DNA of 64,000 bases, from positions 36,969 to 100,968 of IMG/VR virus record IMGVR_UViG_3300037400_002350, one strand, 5' to 3'. The position numbers and the translations under genes are program-made. Below are positions 39,453 through 53,570 of this stretch, one piece after another; position 1 is the first letter of the stretch; every line of letters starts with the position of its first letter. Under the pieces are notes generated by a model. It saw only the letters and a list, made by a program, of their open reading frames with translations. It made no database searches and was not told the DNA's origin. The stretch comes from a virus (lineage: Duplodnaviria > Caudoviricetes).

Positions 39453-41507
39453 TTAAAACTAAAATATTGGATCAGGTTCCTATACTCCAACATCGTCCCA
39501 ATAATGTGAGCCGAACAATGGAGTTTCAAACAACTCGACCTATTTATTCTGTTCTTTATGAGCTTGTACTTTAATCTAGTACAATTCCTCACGATATATC
39601 ATTACCATACACAAAGCTATCAGTCGGTCAACGTTCTTTACACCATCATTTTCTATAAGTTCTTCAATCAAAGGTTCGCTGTAAACTCGTTCTATATTTG
39701 GGTGTCCTGGTTCATATTCTTCAAGTAGCCACTCCAATATAAGACCTTCCCCATAAGCTCGTATGGCTTTTGTCATATGACAGCCTTTTCTTCTTTGTAC
39801 TTTGCTGTCTTTAAATATCTCTGTGATTATTTTGTCTGGCTAATCCGCAAGTAGGTAATCACAATGTTTGTTTGTGAAGTATGGGTATATACCCTTACGT
39901 TCATTCTCAAACAACAACCTAGCATTATAAAACATCAATAGCTTGCGTACATTCTCGTAGTATTCCTCTGCTGTCGCAGGTCTGCCAGAATATTCTGCTA
40001 CAATTACGTCATTCCAGGCTTCTCCAGCTTTTACTCGTTTAAATATAAAAGTAGAACCCAAAGAGTTCGTAAACGATTCGTCGTGATCGTATGGGTCACA
40101 TCCTCCAATATACAAACCAAACGGAGGATCTTTAATCGGGTATTCCCATATGACTATAGATCCTTCTGGTTTATCATCTTTCTTCAAATGATATGTTGTT
40201 ATATCTCCGGACTTCTTTTCTGTTGCCACTACGTTTCCATTACCATCCCAGCTAAGATCTACTATATGTTTCATGTTAGCCAGTTTAGTATTGGTGCGTA
40301 TTCTAGTCAACTAATCCATTAACATCTTTCTTGGGAATATGTTCTTACCAAGTTCAAGTACGGCTTCCTGTGGCTTTAATGGGCGTTCTGATATAAAACG
40401 GTCGATGGATTGCTATGTAGCTCCACCGTCTTTAATCTTGTTACGTTGGTATATCAATTCGTCTACAGCTCGTTGTTTTAAACTGTTTCCGTCATCGTCC
40501 ATTAAAGGTAGCCCGTCCTTGTCTTCTCCTTCCATATTGCTCCATGAAGGCACGAAGAACCCACACTTTGTCTGTTCTCTACCATCGTCCCAGATGTTGT
40601 CAAAGCTTAACACGTTATATGCATCTGGTTGATAGAACAAGTCTTTAAGACCGTCAAACTAGCCGCCTTCCGTACCACCAGTACCAAAGGCTATCATAAG
40701 ACCGAATGCTCTACCGTCATCGGTTTCTACAGCAGGTTGTTCAACACGCCACGCCGTTAACAGATTTGGGAACTTACCACCTTCTTCCCATAGCACAAGT
40801 TTTCCACGAGTACCACGGATACGTTCAGGGTCATTCTTAAGAGTAACTCCTGTGATGCTTGATAAATAACCTTGTTCTGTTTCTTTACCGAACTCATCTT
40901 TTATCTTGAATCCGGACACACGCTCCATACGAGTAGAGGTGAGTCTTTGCTTAGACCAGGCAGTGTTCTTGTCTATAAAGTCCATGATTTGCCATGCTTT
41001 AGTAAGGAGTCCATCTCCTACTAAAAACTTCTGTTCTGAAGCAACGGCAAAGTTTTTTGATCCTGGAATAAGTTCATAGTTTCGTACGAGCATGGAGGCA
41101 CCCTTAAAAGAGTATCCGCGTTGACGTGACTTAAGCACTGCCATATGTTTTCCTTCATCTTCTGCTTGTTCTATTGCGTTGAAGTAATAATAGTCGTAAT
41201 CCCAAAATCTAGGAAATCCAAAGATACGCTCACGTCTCTTTCTTTTGTTACCGTACCTATCAATATATTCAACTTCATCGAGTTTCATGATAGGGCAGTA
41301 ATTTAAATAGAAGTAGTGGTACCCTGTTATAGCGTCTCCATCTGGAGCAACATAACCGTTGAGACATCTTTTTGTTTCTCGGTCCCAATATTGTACATAG
41401 TCGGTAGTACCACGCGGTGCTAATGTATAACAACCGTGCTCTTTAAAGAATATTGCAGCTTGCCTGAATTTGTCAGTATTGTAGATCTTCTTATTAAAGT
41501 CTACCAT
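39453..41507 (-). CDS. terL: Terminase large subunit, 684 aa
   Basis: LKSRQRGYS (Walker A-type), LVLWEEGG (Walker B), FGTGG coupling motif, YIGGCDPYD nuclease motif, NVDRLIA; four fragments joined by TAG; TAA at 39453. Confidence 0.92.
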
Positions 41508-41509
41508 AT

Positions 41510-42022
41510 TTACATTTCATATAAACCTATAGTACCACCACCTTTAACACGACCACTATCAAGTTGTTCAGCTTTAGCCTGCTTCATAGCAATGTCGAGT
41601 GATTTAACTATGTTTCCTACATCCTTTAATATTCTAGTAACCTTTATAGCAGTGTCTATGTCCATCATACCTTGTGAGTAGTCATTTAAGGCTGCTATAA
41701 GCCCTTCTGCTGCTGTCTAAGATGCGCTAAGGAGTCTTGTACCAGGAGTTTCCTAGAACTCGTTAAATCGCTTAATTAGCACCTTTACGGCGTCTGAAGG
41801 TTGATACTTATCGTCTTTGAATACATCCTTGGCCACGACGGAAGCTCTCTAATTAATCGGGTATGCCTCATAAGGCGTGTTCCACTTGTACAGCCATACA
41901 ACGTATTCAATCTCCTTCAATGCTAAAGCCTTGTCCTTTGCTTCATTATAATGATCTTTAAATGGGGGTATGGCAAGGTCTTCTTTGTTGAGAGATATCT
42001 TATCACCTTTAATATCAAACAT
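41510..42022 (-). CDS. Conserved helical protein upstream of terL (candidate small terminase), 170 aa; absent from the ORF track
   Basis: MFDIKGDKISL...SGRVKGGGTIGLYEM; open only through 3 TAGs; stop lies 2 nt before the terL ATG. Confidence 0.6.
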
Positions 42023-42170
42023 GTAATTTTAATATTTTTGCAAGTGTTTTGTACATTATAATACAAAATTTAGTTGTTGTTAAAAAAGAAATAGGCTGAC
42101 ACTCCGTAAATAACGGGTCGCTATGTGTTAGCGCTTAAATAAAGTAAAACGTCTACCAAGTAGACAATTG

Positions 42171-42220
42171 AAGCCCTTGGAGGAATCGAACCTCCAACAC
42201 TTCCATATAAGTTAAGGGCT
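42171..42220 (-). ncRNA. Anticodon-less tRNA-like element (acceptor stem, mini D-hairpin, T-arm)
   Basis: AGCCCTT-AACTTATATGGAAGTGTT-GGAGG-TTCGATT-CCTCC-AAGGGCT-T: perfect 7-bp acceptor stem, 5-bp T-stem, TTCRA loop. Confidence 0.6.
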
Positions 42221-42225
42221 TTATG

Positions 42226-45200
42226 TTAAACACTGTGTTCTGCTATATAATTGTCCAAAGTTGGAAAATCGTTAAGGAACGCAGTTACAACAAGATTGTA
42301 TCTATCCTCTTCCGTGTATGTTTGACCGGATGGAGGATCTTGCGTGTATATGTCATAGAATTTCTTCCACAGCGAGTATTGACCATTGGCACTTCTAGGA
42401 TAAACAGAATCATCAAACACTAAAACGTGGTCCTTAAAATTAGCCTGTAGAGGGCTATAATTTCCATTATATATAAGTGTCTAATTGTCTATCGAATTTT
42501 TTACAGATACTGCTATTCTACTCGGTATGAGTATATAACATTTATCGTTATGGCCAGAGGTTGGATCTAACGGATTCTATTCATTTTGTCCATCTTTCCA
42601 TCCTGGAATTTGCCAATTCACCATTATTTGGTTTCTCCAATAATCAACATGATCTACAGTAACTTTTCTATATTTGTTATTTTTAGCCCACAACGTAGCG
42701 TCACCATAATCCATATACCGGCATCTAGTAAAAACATCGCCACCTAAGAAACAATTTTGATTTAGTGGCTGTATCATGTCTTCCCAGTTATATCCTGCAG
42801 TGATTTTCCTAAGTGGTGCGATAAAACTTTTTAACGTTCCGGCAGTATAATAATCCTCTGAATAATCGTCGCTATTAGCCGCAGTAACATTATACTTTAT
42901 CTGCTCGCTCGCATTATACTTAGTGACAGTCAGCTCTGGTGCCATATAACATGCTGTCGGGAAATGTATAGTAGTAGATACCTAGTGCATACCTTCTTGA
43001 TTTTCCGCAGCCGTACCTCTATCGTTATTCATCGGCCCTACGCCAGCTACTGGAATAATCTAAAGCATACTATTATTAAAACCGCCTTCTTTGTTACCGG
43101 TTATCCAAAAGTATGCCCATTTCACAATATCTTGTTCGTGATAAGCAGTAAACTCCAAACTGCGACTACTGTAACTAAATACTAAATCAAAATACTAATA
43201 GTTAGCGTCCCACCATGATGCATTTGTTGAGGTAATCATATTACTTCGTAACGTTCCTGCACACACTGAAACAGTTGTTGTTGGATTTTCCTACAACGAT
43301 CTTCTTAATATACTAAAAAGCATATTTGACTAATCATACGTAATCCAAGTAGCAGCATTACCAGAAGCTCCAGAATTATTAAACGAAAATTCGGTTATGT
43401 TTTGTCTAGACGCAGAACACTTATCAAAAAGCAGTTGGAGAAAGTCTACTCTTCGATTTAGAACAGAGTCTGTGATACTTATGTATATGTTCTAATTCGT
43501 AATACTGCGAGCAATGCTTAATGAAGTGAGAGCTATTAAATTTCGATCGCTAAACCCAGTTATGTATCCTAGACCTAATGTAGTTAATTTATTATGGGTT
43601 GAGGAAGCGCATACGTCACCTTTACAATATATATTAAAGCGTTCCACTTTTGGCATTTTTGATAAATCAAAAGGTTGCGAGCCGTTTTTGTAAAAATAAA
43701 CATTTTTGTTAACATTGCTGTCAAGCGATCCTTGCTAAACTGAAAGATCTGTTATATTTGGTAAGTAGTCCAATATCCAATATTCTTTCCCATTTATTAG
43801 GGTGTAGAACTAAATCGAACTGTTATTAGCCCCTAATCGGAGAAGCCCTTGAATAGTAGCAAGTTCAGATTTTCTAAATTCGTTTTCTACCAACTGCGTG
43901 CCACTAAATAAGGCTTTTAATGGAACGTATAAGCTACTGTTTGAAGAATTTAAAACCACAGGGTCGTATTCAATTTTTATCTTTGTAACTAGCTGTTTTT
44001 CGGTTCCATTCTTGAATTTTACAGTATATGTAAGGTTGCTACTATATGAAACGTCTTCGTTTAATTCAGAAGTGATTGTTATTGCATATTGTGCTTTGTT
44101 GTTCAGTTCTGTAGCGTTATATATAGTATCGGGAGCGTCTACGAACACCTGTTCCTACTATTGACCGTTTGTTCTATATTCTACAGAACGAGGGGTTTCA
44201 AAATTCCAAGATACGTAACTAATTGTAGCGTTTGGTACATTGTTGTTTGAATATGTAATGTTTGGTGTGAACACATACTGCTGCCCATTATCCGATAACA
44301 AGAATCCGTCATTATTGATTAATGAAAAGTTAGGACTCCTTACACAAGACATTGTCATGGATACAGGATAATTTCGACGAAGCACGTCTATGTAAACTGT
44401 AGCACTTGTAGAAACATCATCAACAACGGTTGAACATTGTAACTTAAACATTAAGTTTGATGTAACAGTATCACTCATTTCTGGAATTTCTAAGTATGCC
44501 TCGCTATCAGTAGTTATTAACCTTACACCGTTTTGTGAATAAGTCACTTGTGTATAAACACCGATAGAGTTTTTATAGTACAACACCCAATTTGTTTGAG
44601 CGCTTTCTTCTGTCAATACAAATCTTGTGGCATCCAATGGATATCTATAAGCGCTGTTTGCAGAATCATAACCTCCAGCAAGATGATAACAACCGTAAGT
44701 CTGTCCGTCTTCCTGTATATCACTATAATAAAATTCGTTTTGGTTTATATTATTAGAATCTATTCCAACTGGGTTTCCTACAGTGACAATCAGAGCGTTT
44801 TCGGTATAGTCTATTCGTAAAGACTTTCCAGACCAACTAAAACAATCGTTTCCAAATATTGATTTGAGTTCAGCAAATCTTCTATTTAATTCTTGGTCAT
44901 TGACGCCTTGCTCAGCTTTCATAACTACGTAACCTCTCAACTTAGTACCGTTATTGTTATATAAGTTTCGAGAGTGTTCGAAGTCATAACCAGCTGTAGC
45001 TGTTCCAAATGCTGCGAGGTCCATTAAATCGTCATATGTTAGCTATGTTTCCTGTGTATTCCAATTTATGTCTTCTATTTCAAGATCTATCTAACTTAAC
45101 AATTGACGATATTCAGTTCTCCAATATTCATTTTCTGATTGAGAACCTAATATCACCTTGGCCTATTCTTTACAAGCATTTATGATTGTCATCACCAAGT

Positions 45201-48200
45201 TAAAGCTACAAACATTTGTACCGGTTTTGCCTGGCATATAGATCTTACTTAAAACAGGACCATTTACGCCATCTCCTGCAAAATACGTGTTTCCTACTTG
45301 TTCAAAGTGATAAGTTCCTAAATCTCCCGATCCTTGTTGACCTGGCGCGGTATCTGTAACTCTGCGCCATATAGTCAAACCTTCCCAAGCATTCGGATTG
45401 GTTGTCTCTGGAGATACCTCATTTCCTACATAATTTGCAGATTTCCAAGAAGCATCCGCTAGAACTAATTTGTTAACACTTGCTGGTAATTGTAGAACGT
45501 CGTATGTAGTTGGTGCACTAATACCGTTGAACTCTGTACATTCGGTTCCAATTGCTTTAAACGATTTTAGACGACTCATGTTTCCAAGACAGTTGTCAAT
45601 CTTGCCTTGTATTCCAGAACCGATATATCCAGATATGTTAAAATCTTCAACTCCTCCTAAAACGGTGTTCATTACGCCTTGATTCTTCTAAGCATCTGCT
45701 TCAGAAATATCCAACGCTGTTCCTGTTGAAGATAACTCCTCATTTGCGCCTATATCGAATACTTGTTCGTTATAGATACCACTTTCCATGTCGGATAAAG
45801 TAATACCGAGATTTAACTTTTTCAAGAAACTGGATTTCAAGTCATCATCATAACAACCATTTAAAACGAGTTTCTTCAAACCGACCGCAATATTCGAAAG
45901 GTCTAATTCTTCTATATACTTACTACCATACAGATATAATGGGACTTTGTTCTGAACTTGCTGCCACAAAGACAACTAACCTTCATCGGAACGTTTAAAC
46001 TTTTGCTTTTCTCCAATCGCGTCGTTATAAGAAAGAGCAAAAAATGTTTCTGATACCGGTTTGAATTTTATTCTGTTTCCAGAACTAGCGTCTACAGACA
46101 TGTAAATTCGTTTTTCAGTAAACTGACCAACTCCCCATTCTGCATCCCAGTAGTCCAAAGAGTTTTTCAACCACCAGTGGCGGTGTGTTGTACGAGCACC
46201 CTGCAGCCAAGTGTAGTAATCTTGATTTCCGTTTTCTATATACTTATAATGCCCACTGAAGTTGTATATACGCTCACTCCATTTTTCGCTATAGTTTCCA
46301 TCGAGTTCGTTTACAATGTTAGAATATGTCAATCCCGACTCGTACAAAGCTTGTGCAGTGTTTTTGACAATGCTGTTGTCTCCAACGAAACCTGGGATAA
46401 TAACCGTAGTAGTATTTCCGTCTTCAATTCGCTCTTCTGTAACAGATTCCCAAGCTTCTAGTGCATCATATAACCAGTTAGACGTCAAGAACGATCCATC
46501 TCTTTCTTTCGCACCTCTTCCAGAAAATGCAAATTTCTTACCCCATCTTGTATTTCTATCGATCGGTGGGGCAAATGTAATCTAACCTTTATTATTATTA
46601 CCGAGCGCTATATCCATATCCCATGGTTCGAAATGCCAATGTTGGCCATCGTATGTCTTCAGTTGAGCATTACGTTCAACAGAGTCGACAAGACCGAATC
46701 GTAAAAAGAATATGTAGTATGCTGCAATCTTATAAAGGTCTAAATGATCCCAAGCTTCTCTCCTAAATTTGTCAAACAAAGTTGGCAACTATCCAGCAGT
46801 AATCTTCTTTGCTGTTATTTGAGTACCGATTGTGTGATCGTCGGATTCGACTTTTATTATATGGTAAGTGGTCGGTTCGATATACATGTCGCCTTTTGCA
46901 GCAATAAACGTAGTTTCTGAAATATTATTCAACTTATTAATATAGTCATTCCTACAGCTTACTAACCACAAGAAGAAATCCATAAATGGTTGAACCGTTG
47001 CAACAAATTTATCATGATCGTAAATCTTATTGGTTGTGATGTCTTCTTTTTCTGGATATACCAATTCAAAATCGTTTTCCCAATAGTAAGTTGGAAGATT
47101 TGCAGTACGATAACCAGTAGTTCCACTAAATTGTGTAATTTTTTGCTGATTGTTTTCATCCAATACATACTCTCCAGCCTCGTTAGTTTCGATTTTTGTA
47201 GTACTCATGAAACTAGAAAACGCATTGTCTATCGTAGTCTGCTCCAACCTCAAAACGTGACTATTGTCCCAAATAAGATTTACTTTGTTGCCGTTTCCGT
47301 CTTTTTCTTTGTCTGCGTCCTTGTTTGTTTCGTACATACAGAACGGATCTGCGACAGTTTGTTTGTTTACAGTTTTTGCATTGCATTTATAAATACTACG
47401 CTCGCCGTATATAAAATCAGACTTTTTGTCATCCATAAATACAAACTGACCTATAAATATAGGAGTATCGCTTGCGGTTTGTCTATAGAATAGAACACAC
47501 GGGAACGAATCTGCAGCAGACCTTAATGTATATGGGAATGGTAAATCGTCTCCTTTATTGGCACTCCAACCATTATTAGCATATTTTCCAGTATTCGTAA
47601 CAAATTGTTGAGGATCTGTTCTCAATGCATATTGCTATCCGGAATTTACTATTTGTCCGTTTTGCCTAGTGACTGTATTTATACGAGCTTTGTACCAAGT
47701 ATCTTGTATAAGGCGCTGAATACCTCCATTGTGTACTCCAGATGAATCCGCATAGTTTGCTTGTAAAACCCACTTATTAGCAGGAATTGCACCTTCTTTG
47801 AACTGATAACGACCTTTATATAATTTGTTATCGAGTGTCATAACAGACTCTGGGTCGTCATAACTTGCACCGCGATACATTGCAACTTGGCGTTGCGTGT
47901 TTTGCTCATTTGGACCATATGATAGAGTATCGTAAGAAGACAAAAACTCAGAATTACTCCATATTTTAAACGACGGTATTGGGTAGTTCAACGTAGACTG
48001 TCCGTGTGCCCTAATCCTACCGTTCTTTATGGTAAAGTTGTATGATGGGTCGCTAGGACAGAATCTTTGTATTGTGGCTGCAATATTGGTATTTTTTCTT
48101 GCGTCTCCATCACCTCTAGCACTCATTATCGCGTTTAATGGGCCGGTTACCAAGATAGTATCGATCTTATTGCGTATAGAATTGAATGAAATCATACCAT

Positions 48201-50385
48201 CTTCAAAAACATCGTTTCTATACAAAATCTGATTTACAGAACTGCTGTCTATTGCAAAATTGGCAAAAGCCTGTTCTGTAGTTAATGCAAAATCATAACA
48301 CCTTATATTATATATAGAAAGATGCGTATTTGAATTCGGTAACCCAAGCTTTATAGTTCCTGTATCTGTGAGATTTCCAAAACAGCTATACATATTGGCT
48401 TCACACCTTTCCAATATGCCGTTGTTTACAATCCAAAGCAGTCCATGATCTATATTTCCGTCGTTTTGACCGCTGGACTATGGCTATACTATGAACGCTA
48501 ATTTTATCCGTTCATTCTCTTTATAGTTTGTAGTAAGAAGCTCTGAAACAACAGTTGTCGGATTTCCACCATCGTCAATAGTTCTATAACAACCCATGAA
48601 GGACGCTTTGTTAGGCGTTATTTTTATACCGATATCACCAACGTTATTCCATTTCCCGATAGTTATAGTTTCTTCAGAAAAATCTCCAACGCTTGAAAAT
48701 TCAAACTCTATTTCTACAGTTCTACCAGTTCCAGCAACAGTATTTTGGTTGCGAGTATCGAACGGCTTGAAATTTACTTCTGCATATGAGCCTTCGTCTA
48801 TTTGCAAAGCGTTTTTATTCCAACCTCTCTTAGAATCCCACGTAAAATTATTAAACGTTGTGTTATAAGTAGTACCACCAGGTTTTGTATACGTCCAAGT
48901 AGCGTCAGATCCTTGTTTTCCGTATGCTCTAAGTTTAAGTTCATAACCTTCTGTTTCAGCAACAATATAATTTGATTTCTCAATATAAATATTGTATTTT
49001 TCGATTGGCTATACTTCAGAGCCTTCTTTCGGAGTAAATGCGGCAACTAACTCACAACGAGTGGTTACTGCTCCGTTCTATTGACTTACTATAGTATGTA
49101 CTTCCGGCTAATATGAAAGAACCTATTCGACTTCTGAAGAAACTCCTGTCAAAGATGCAGTTGTGAATTGCTAATACTCTGGATCTGTAACAACGTCTAT
49201 TGTTCTAATATACCAAGAAAAGTTCTTCACCTTTTCTCTTGTTTTCAGAGTAACAAATGCCCAGTCTAATGAATTCTCTTTGTTCTATTCTGCATATAAT
49301 TGATATGTACGCACAGCTCCAGAAGTATAAACTTCATCAAACGAGCGTTTTGTAACAACAAAATCCTACTGATAACTAGAACTGTCTGATGGTTGACTTA
49401 CTACAAACTCATAGAACAAAACATTACTACAAAATGTAGAAGTTCCCACTGTTGTATCTGCCTGAATTTGTATGGTATGTTTACCATGGCTGAGTCCTGA
49501 CAACTAGATGTATGCGCGTTTTGTCGTGTTTTTCTCATTTGCAGAAAACTTCATATCTGCGTGTCCGGCATCATACAATGGCAACGCTATCGCAACCGGT
49601 TCTTGATCTACCGGTACTTTATCTGCATCTATATAATACCATATAGATTTTATAGTATCTGTGCTACTCTGCAAAGTTACATTAAAATCGTAAGCACTTC
49701 CGTTAGTAAAAATGTTGTAATATTGGAATTGTGCTTTTAAAGTCATTGTAACCAAAGTGATAATCACCTGTATGGTTCTTGTAGCTTTACAGTGTTCTCC
49801 TTGGAATTCCAAGTTAACGGTGTTTGTTCCCGGATTCAAGTAATCAAATAACTCGATCTCCACAGTCTTTTCAGAAGATGCTTTTCGTATCGGATCCAGC
49901 TGTTTTGTGCCATACCCTGGATTCTATATAGAACAGTTTACAATAAGTGCGTCTGCATAGTTTTCGTCGTCCTGCTTTATGTTCCAACCAAACTTAATCT
50001 TAGTGGCATCCGTTTTTGCACCAGTTCTCAATATTCGTGCAGAACTATCAAAGTCTGAATTAGGATCTTCATAGTCGAGCAACTATATAGAATATGGAGA
50101 AGGCGCTATAAAACTGGTTACTTCAAGATTTTCATATTCTGGTTCTCCAACGTGTTGACCACGCTCTGTCCATTTCTCATAGTCTTCTTCACTTCTAAAT
50201 ATTCTATAGAGTTTATTGATATCATCGTGATGAAGGTAGAACGGAGTTTGTAGTCTGCTCTGTATAAGCTCTCTGATTGCTTTTCCGCTAACCGGTAAAT
50301 TATTAGTAGATCCGTCTCCAGCCCAATTAGTAAATACCGAAAGCAGCTCACCTTCTGGCGGTGTATATGTTTGTACTTTTTTCAT
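42226..50385 (-). CDS. Giant structural protein (~2,719 aa) with LamG/ConA-like, CotH-kinase-like and LRR-like regions
   Basis: Thirteen ORF fragments share one frame; I read 42226-43810 codon by codon and found only TAG interruptions. Motifs: LSIYNIRCYDFALT, AHGQSTLNYP, WVLQANYADSSGVHN, VDSVERN...WHFEPWDMDIALG. Confidence 0.8.
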
Positions 50386-50396
50386 ATATATCTGTT

Positions 50397-50573
50397 TTAA
50401 TCTACCCACGTATAATCATCTAACCAAGGGAGATTGTCATCCCAATATCCGTTAGAGTAACACGTGAGGGCGGAGATTAAACTCCACAAGACTTCACTAT
50501 TAAGGCAAATCTCTGTTATGTCTTTACCATTATAGAGAATTCTTACTATTTCTTTACCGTTTATCTTTAACAT
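50397..50573 (-). CDS. Small tail-associated protein, 58 aa
   Basis: MLKINGKEIVRILYNGKDITEICLNSEVLW...YWDDNLPWLDDYTWVD fills the gap between flanking genes. Confidence 0.55.
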   Translation of the reverse strand: MLKINGKEIVRILYNGKDITEICLNSEVLWSLISALTCYSNGYWDDNLPWLDDYTWVD

Positions 50574-50575
50574 AA

Positions 50576-51748
50576 TTAATCAACGTATGTGATTACGATA
50601 TTGGCGTCTCTAAATGGCATTACGAATTGTGCTGAATATACACTAGAACCGTCGTAAGTAACATTAATGTTCTTTCCGTTTACCGTAACGCTGCCAACAT
50701 CGTATTTAGGGTCTGTAACCTGTACAGTGACGGTTTGCCCCCATTTTGCAGTAGCTGCTACATTTCCGTTGACTACGCATGTTGGATTTTCGTTACCGTT
50801 TGTTTCTGTAACGTTAAGGTCGTGATCTGGGCCAGGGTTTGTAGATTTTATCCAATGTATATAAGTAACAATATCTTCCCAAGTACACGTAGGATCGTTT
50901 ACGTCGATATTGTCATAAAAATCATCATTTTGATTCTTTACGTACTTAAGTGCAGTAGTAACATCGTTTGGATCTGCCTTATCTGAAGCAACCGTAGTAC
51001 GGGTAGCAAGACGAATTATACCGTCTTTCTTGAAACGATAATCGTTTGTATATAATGAAGTGTGTTGAGTATTAAAAGTACCAAACTCAAGACCATCACC
51101 ACCACCATGCTCAAACTTAATCTTGTTTTCAAATGTACCGTCAGTGCCTTTAGGTTGTAAAGCAATACCACCATGAGATTCAGAACGAAGGTCGATAGCT
51201 TGTGCACGTACTTTAAGATATCCTCTAGTGTTCTTTGCAGAGTTTACAGTAATGTTCATTACGTTTGGATCGTCATAAAGCAGTGTTTGTGTATCATCTC
51301 CGTTGGCGTCTTTTGCCAGCGTCTAACCTTTATCCTTTGTTGTAAGAACGATGTCTGCAGTATTCAATTGAAGTTTTACAGGATGATCTGCATCATCTGT
51401 AACTTTCATTGAAACCTCGTCTCTGTTTTCTGCAGGCCTATGACTAGAATAAAAGATCAAGTCATCTCCTGGTTTAAGCTGCAGATCGTCTTTCGATTCG
51501 ATATTGATCTTCCCCTTCTTTCCAGAAGGAACATTGTCCACGGTAGTTTCTATACAAAGGTTGCCCTTTGAGTTTATATACATGTGAGAATTATTAGAAG
51601 CGTCTCCTATTGTAACATTGCCTGTTCCTCCACCGGCATTGCTATTTGCAGCATTGACATCAGATACAAGGTCGTTCCATTCATCGTGTGTCAGCGGATC
51701 CCCAGCATGTTTTTCTCTGTATAAATGACTATTTATTGTATAATCCAT
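50576..51748 (-). CDS. Tail spike/fibre-like protein with C-terminal beta-sandwich (InlB B-repeat-like) domain, 390 aa
   Basis: ORFs 51323 and 50576 join across one TAG; C-terminal GQTVTVQV...VTVNG...FVMPFRDANI. Confidence 0.6.
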
Positions 51749-51749
51749 A

Positions 51750-52076
51750 TTATTCTAATGTTACTGGGAAGTTGTCTCCAAACCCCCAATTATCTTCATA
51801 TAAAAAGTAAAACACATTATTTTGTGCAGTACCTGAGCTATATTCTGATTCTGACTGTAGGACGTAAGGAAGCGTGTTTACTCCAAGTTGCCCACCAGCA
51901 TTTGTAATAGCAGATAATATAGCAGCGATAGCACTTTTGTCTTCACTACTTACTCCGTATATTTTACCATCGTGTACAATTGAATTATCTGTAGTGAAGT
52001 ATATCGTACCTTTATTTATTTGACTATCTTGAAGAGCCTGTTCTTGTGTTTTACTATGATTAAAACTTACATTCAT
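51750..52076 (-). CDS. Small tail-fibre-associated protein
   Basis: Intact ORF containing GTIYFTTDNSIVHDG; ATG 52076 preferred as start. Confidence 0.5.
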   Translation of the reverse strand: MNVSFNHSKTQEQALQDSQINKGTIYFTTDNSIVHDGKIYGVSSEDKSAIAAILSAITNAGGQLGVNTLPYVLQSESEYSSGTAQNNVFYFLYEDNWGFGDNFPVTLE

Positions 52077-52093
52077 TGTACACAATATTTAAA

Positions 52094-53566
52094 TTACTAC
52101 CAGACCAGCGGTTGTGCAGTAGCTGAAATAATACCGTTTTCAATAGTGATGGTAGTTCCATCAACTTTTACAACACCAAAATGTCCCCTCTCACCTACTC
52201 CTGCACTTGGTAGAAGTGGGTTGATATTCTAATTAGACTTTGTTATGTTGGTGTTAGAAGAAACATCATACAAGTTAATCTAAACACCACTGTTCAAAGA
52301 ATCTTCACATTTTACGCCAAGATTCAACGAAAGATTACCACCGTCTACAATAAGACCCTGTGTCTTAGAATTCTCCATTGCAACTTTTACTACGCCATAA
52401 GTGTCGTATGTTGCTTTTACTAGTTGGTAATCTTCTGTTACTAATCTTTGGTCAAGCGTATCCAATACGGCATACATTTCAGAAGACATCAAACCATCGC
52501 TACGGCGACTCGCTATGTTGTTTGCATTGCTTGCAATTATAGTAAAGTCAGAACTAGTAAACGATGTGCCCATGGTTTTGGTCTTGTCTACATTGACAAT
52601 AACCATGTCTCCTGCATATACTTTTGTAGAACTATCGCCAGGTATTAACGTTGCACTACCTTGGACAATGAACACATAACCAGAGTGTACATCTGTGTAC
52701 GAAGGGAGTGTTTGGAATGTAACAGGTGATGTCTCCTGGGTATATTTTACGAATATTGCAGGTTTTCCAAATAAAAAATCTTCACTACGCCCAACAATAT
52801 CAGTATATCCTTCAATGTCTGGATCATTGTTTCTTAAGAACACATATGGTCGTTCTGTACGATTGTAATTTGCCTAAACTGATGGAACTTCGTACAGATC
52901 GTACACGTCCTGCGTCGTAAGTACATACGGAAGTGTGATGACTTTGTTTACTGGAGCGTATGTAGAACCGTTGTGTTTTGGTATATACAATCTTGCTTTT
53001 TCACCATTAACCCCGTCTATGATCAATTTAAAATACTCATTTGTATCAGGAAGTTCGGCATAATTATCAGCCAAAGCGTCACAAAATTGTTGTATGTCTA
53101 TTGCATCGGTGTTACCAATGTTTCCAAATTCTAGATACTGACCTACTGTACCTACAGACGACGTTGTCATAAACATGCGGTTTGCTATAGTACGGGTTAC
53201 TACATCTGGTATTTCAGTAGGATTTGCACTATTAAGATAGCCGTCATTTCCAATAGTTCCAACGTATTTCAGTGCACCAGTGGCGTTTGCTATTTGCTCT
53301 TTCATCTCGTCAATAAGAGCAAATGGTGTAGGTTGAGCAATCATAACACCGCCCATCATAATACCAAATGGTGTGAAATACAACGTTGACGAGTTGGCGT
53401 GGCTGTCGCTTGCAATAGCAGGATTTATCGTTATTTCTGTTTTAACTCCGAACGCCTTATTTCTTGCGTTTTGCAACATTTCCTATACGTCACCTATATC
53501 GTTTGCCCAAGTTGGTGGCGTTACAGATTCGTCATAATATTGAGCATAATTTTTCAAGTCTCTCAT
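52094..53566 (-). CDS. Tail fibre-like protein, 490 aa
   Basis: Fragments 52874 and 52280 are in frame; ATYDTYGVVKV and FGVVKVDGTTITIENGIISA fibre repeats; ends TAG-TAA. Confidence 0.65.
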
Positions 53567-53570
53567 GTTG

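Noticed and set aside
27647-41507. Introns or inteins in capsid, portal or terminase genes
   Set aside because: All three have ordinary lengths and continuous frames under table 15, with no homing-endonuclease or intein motifs seen.
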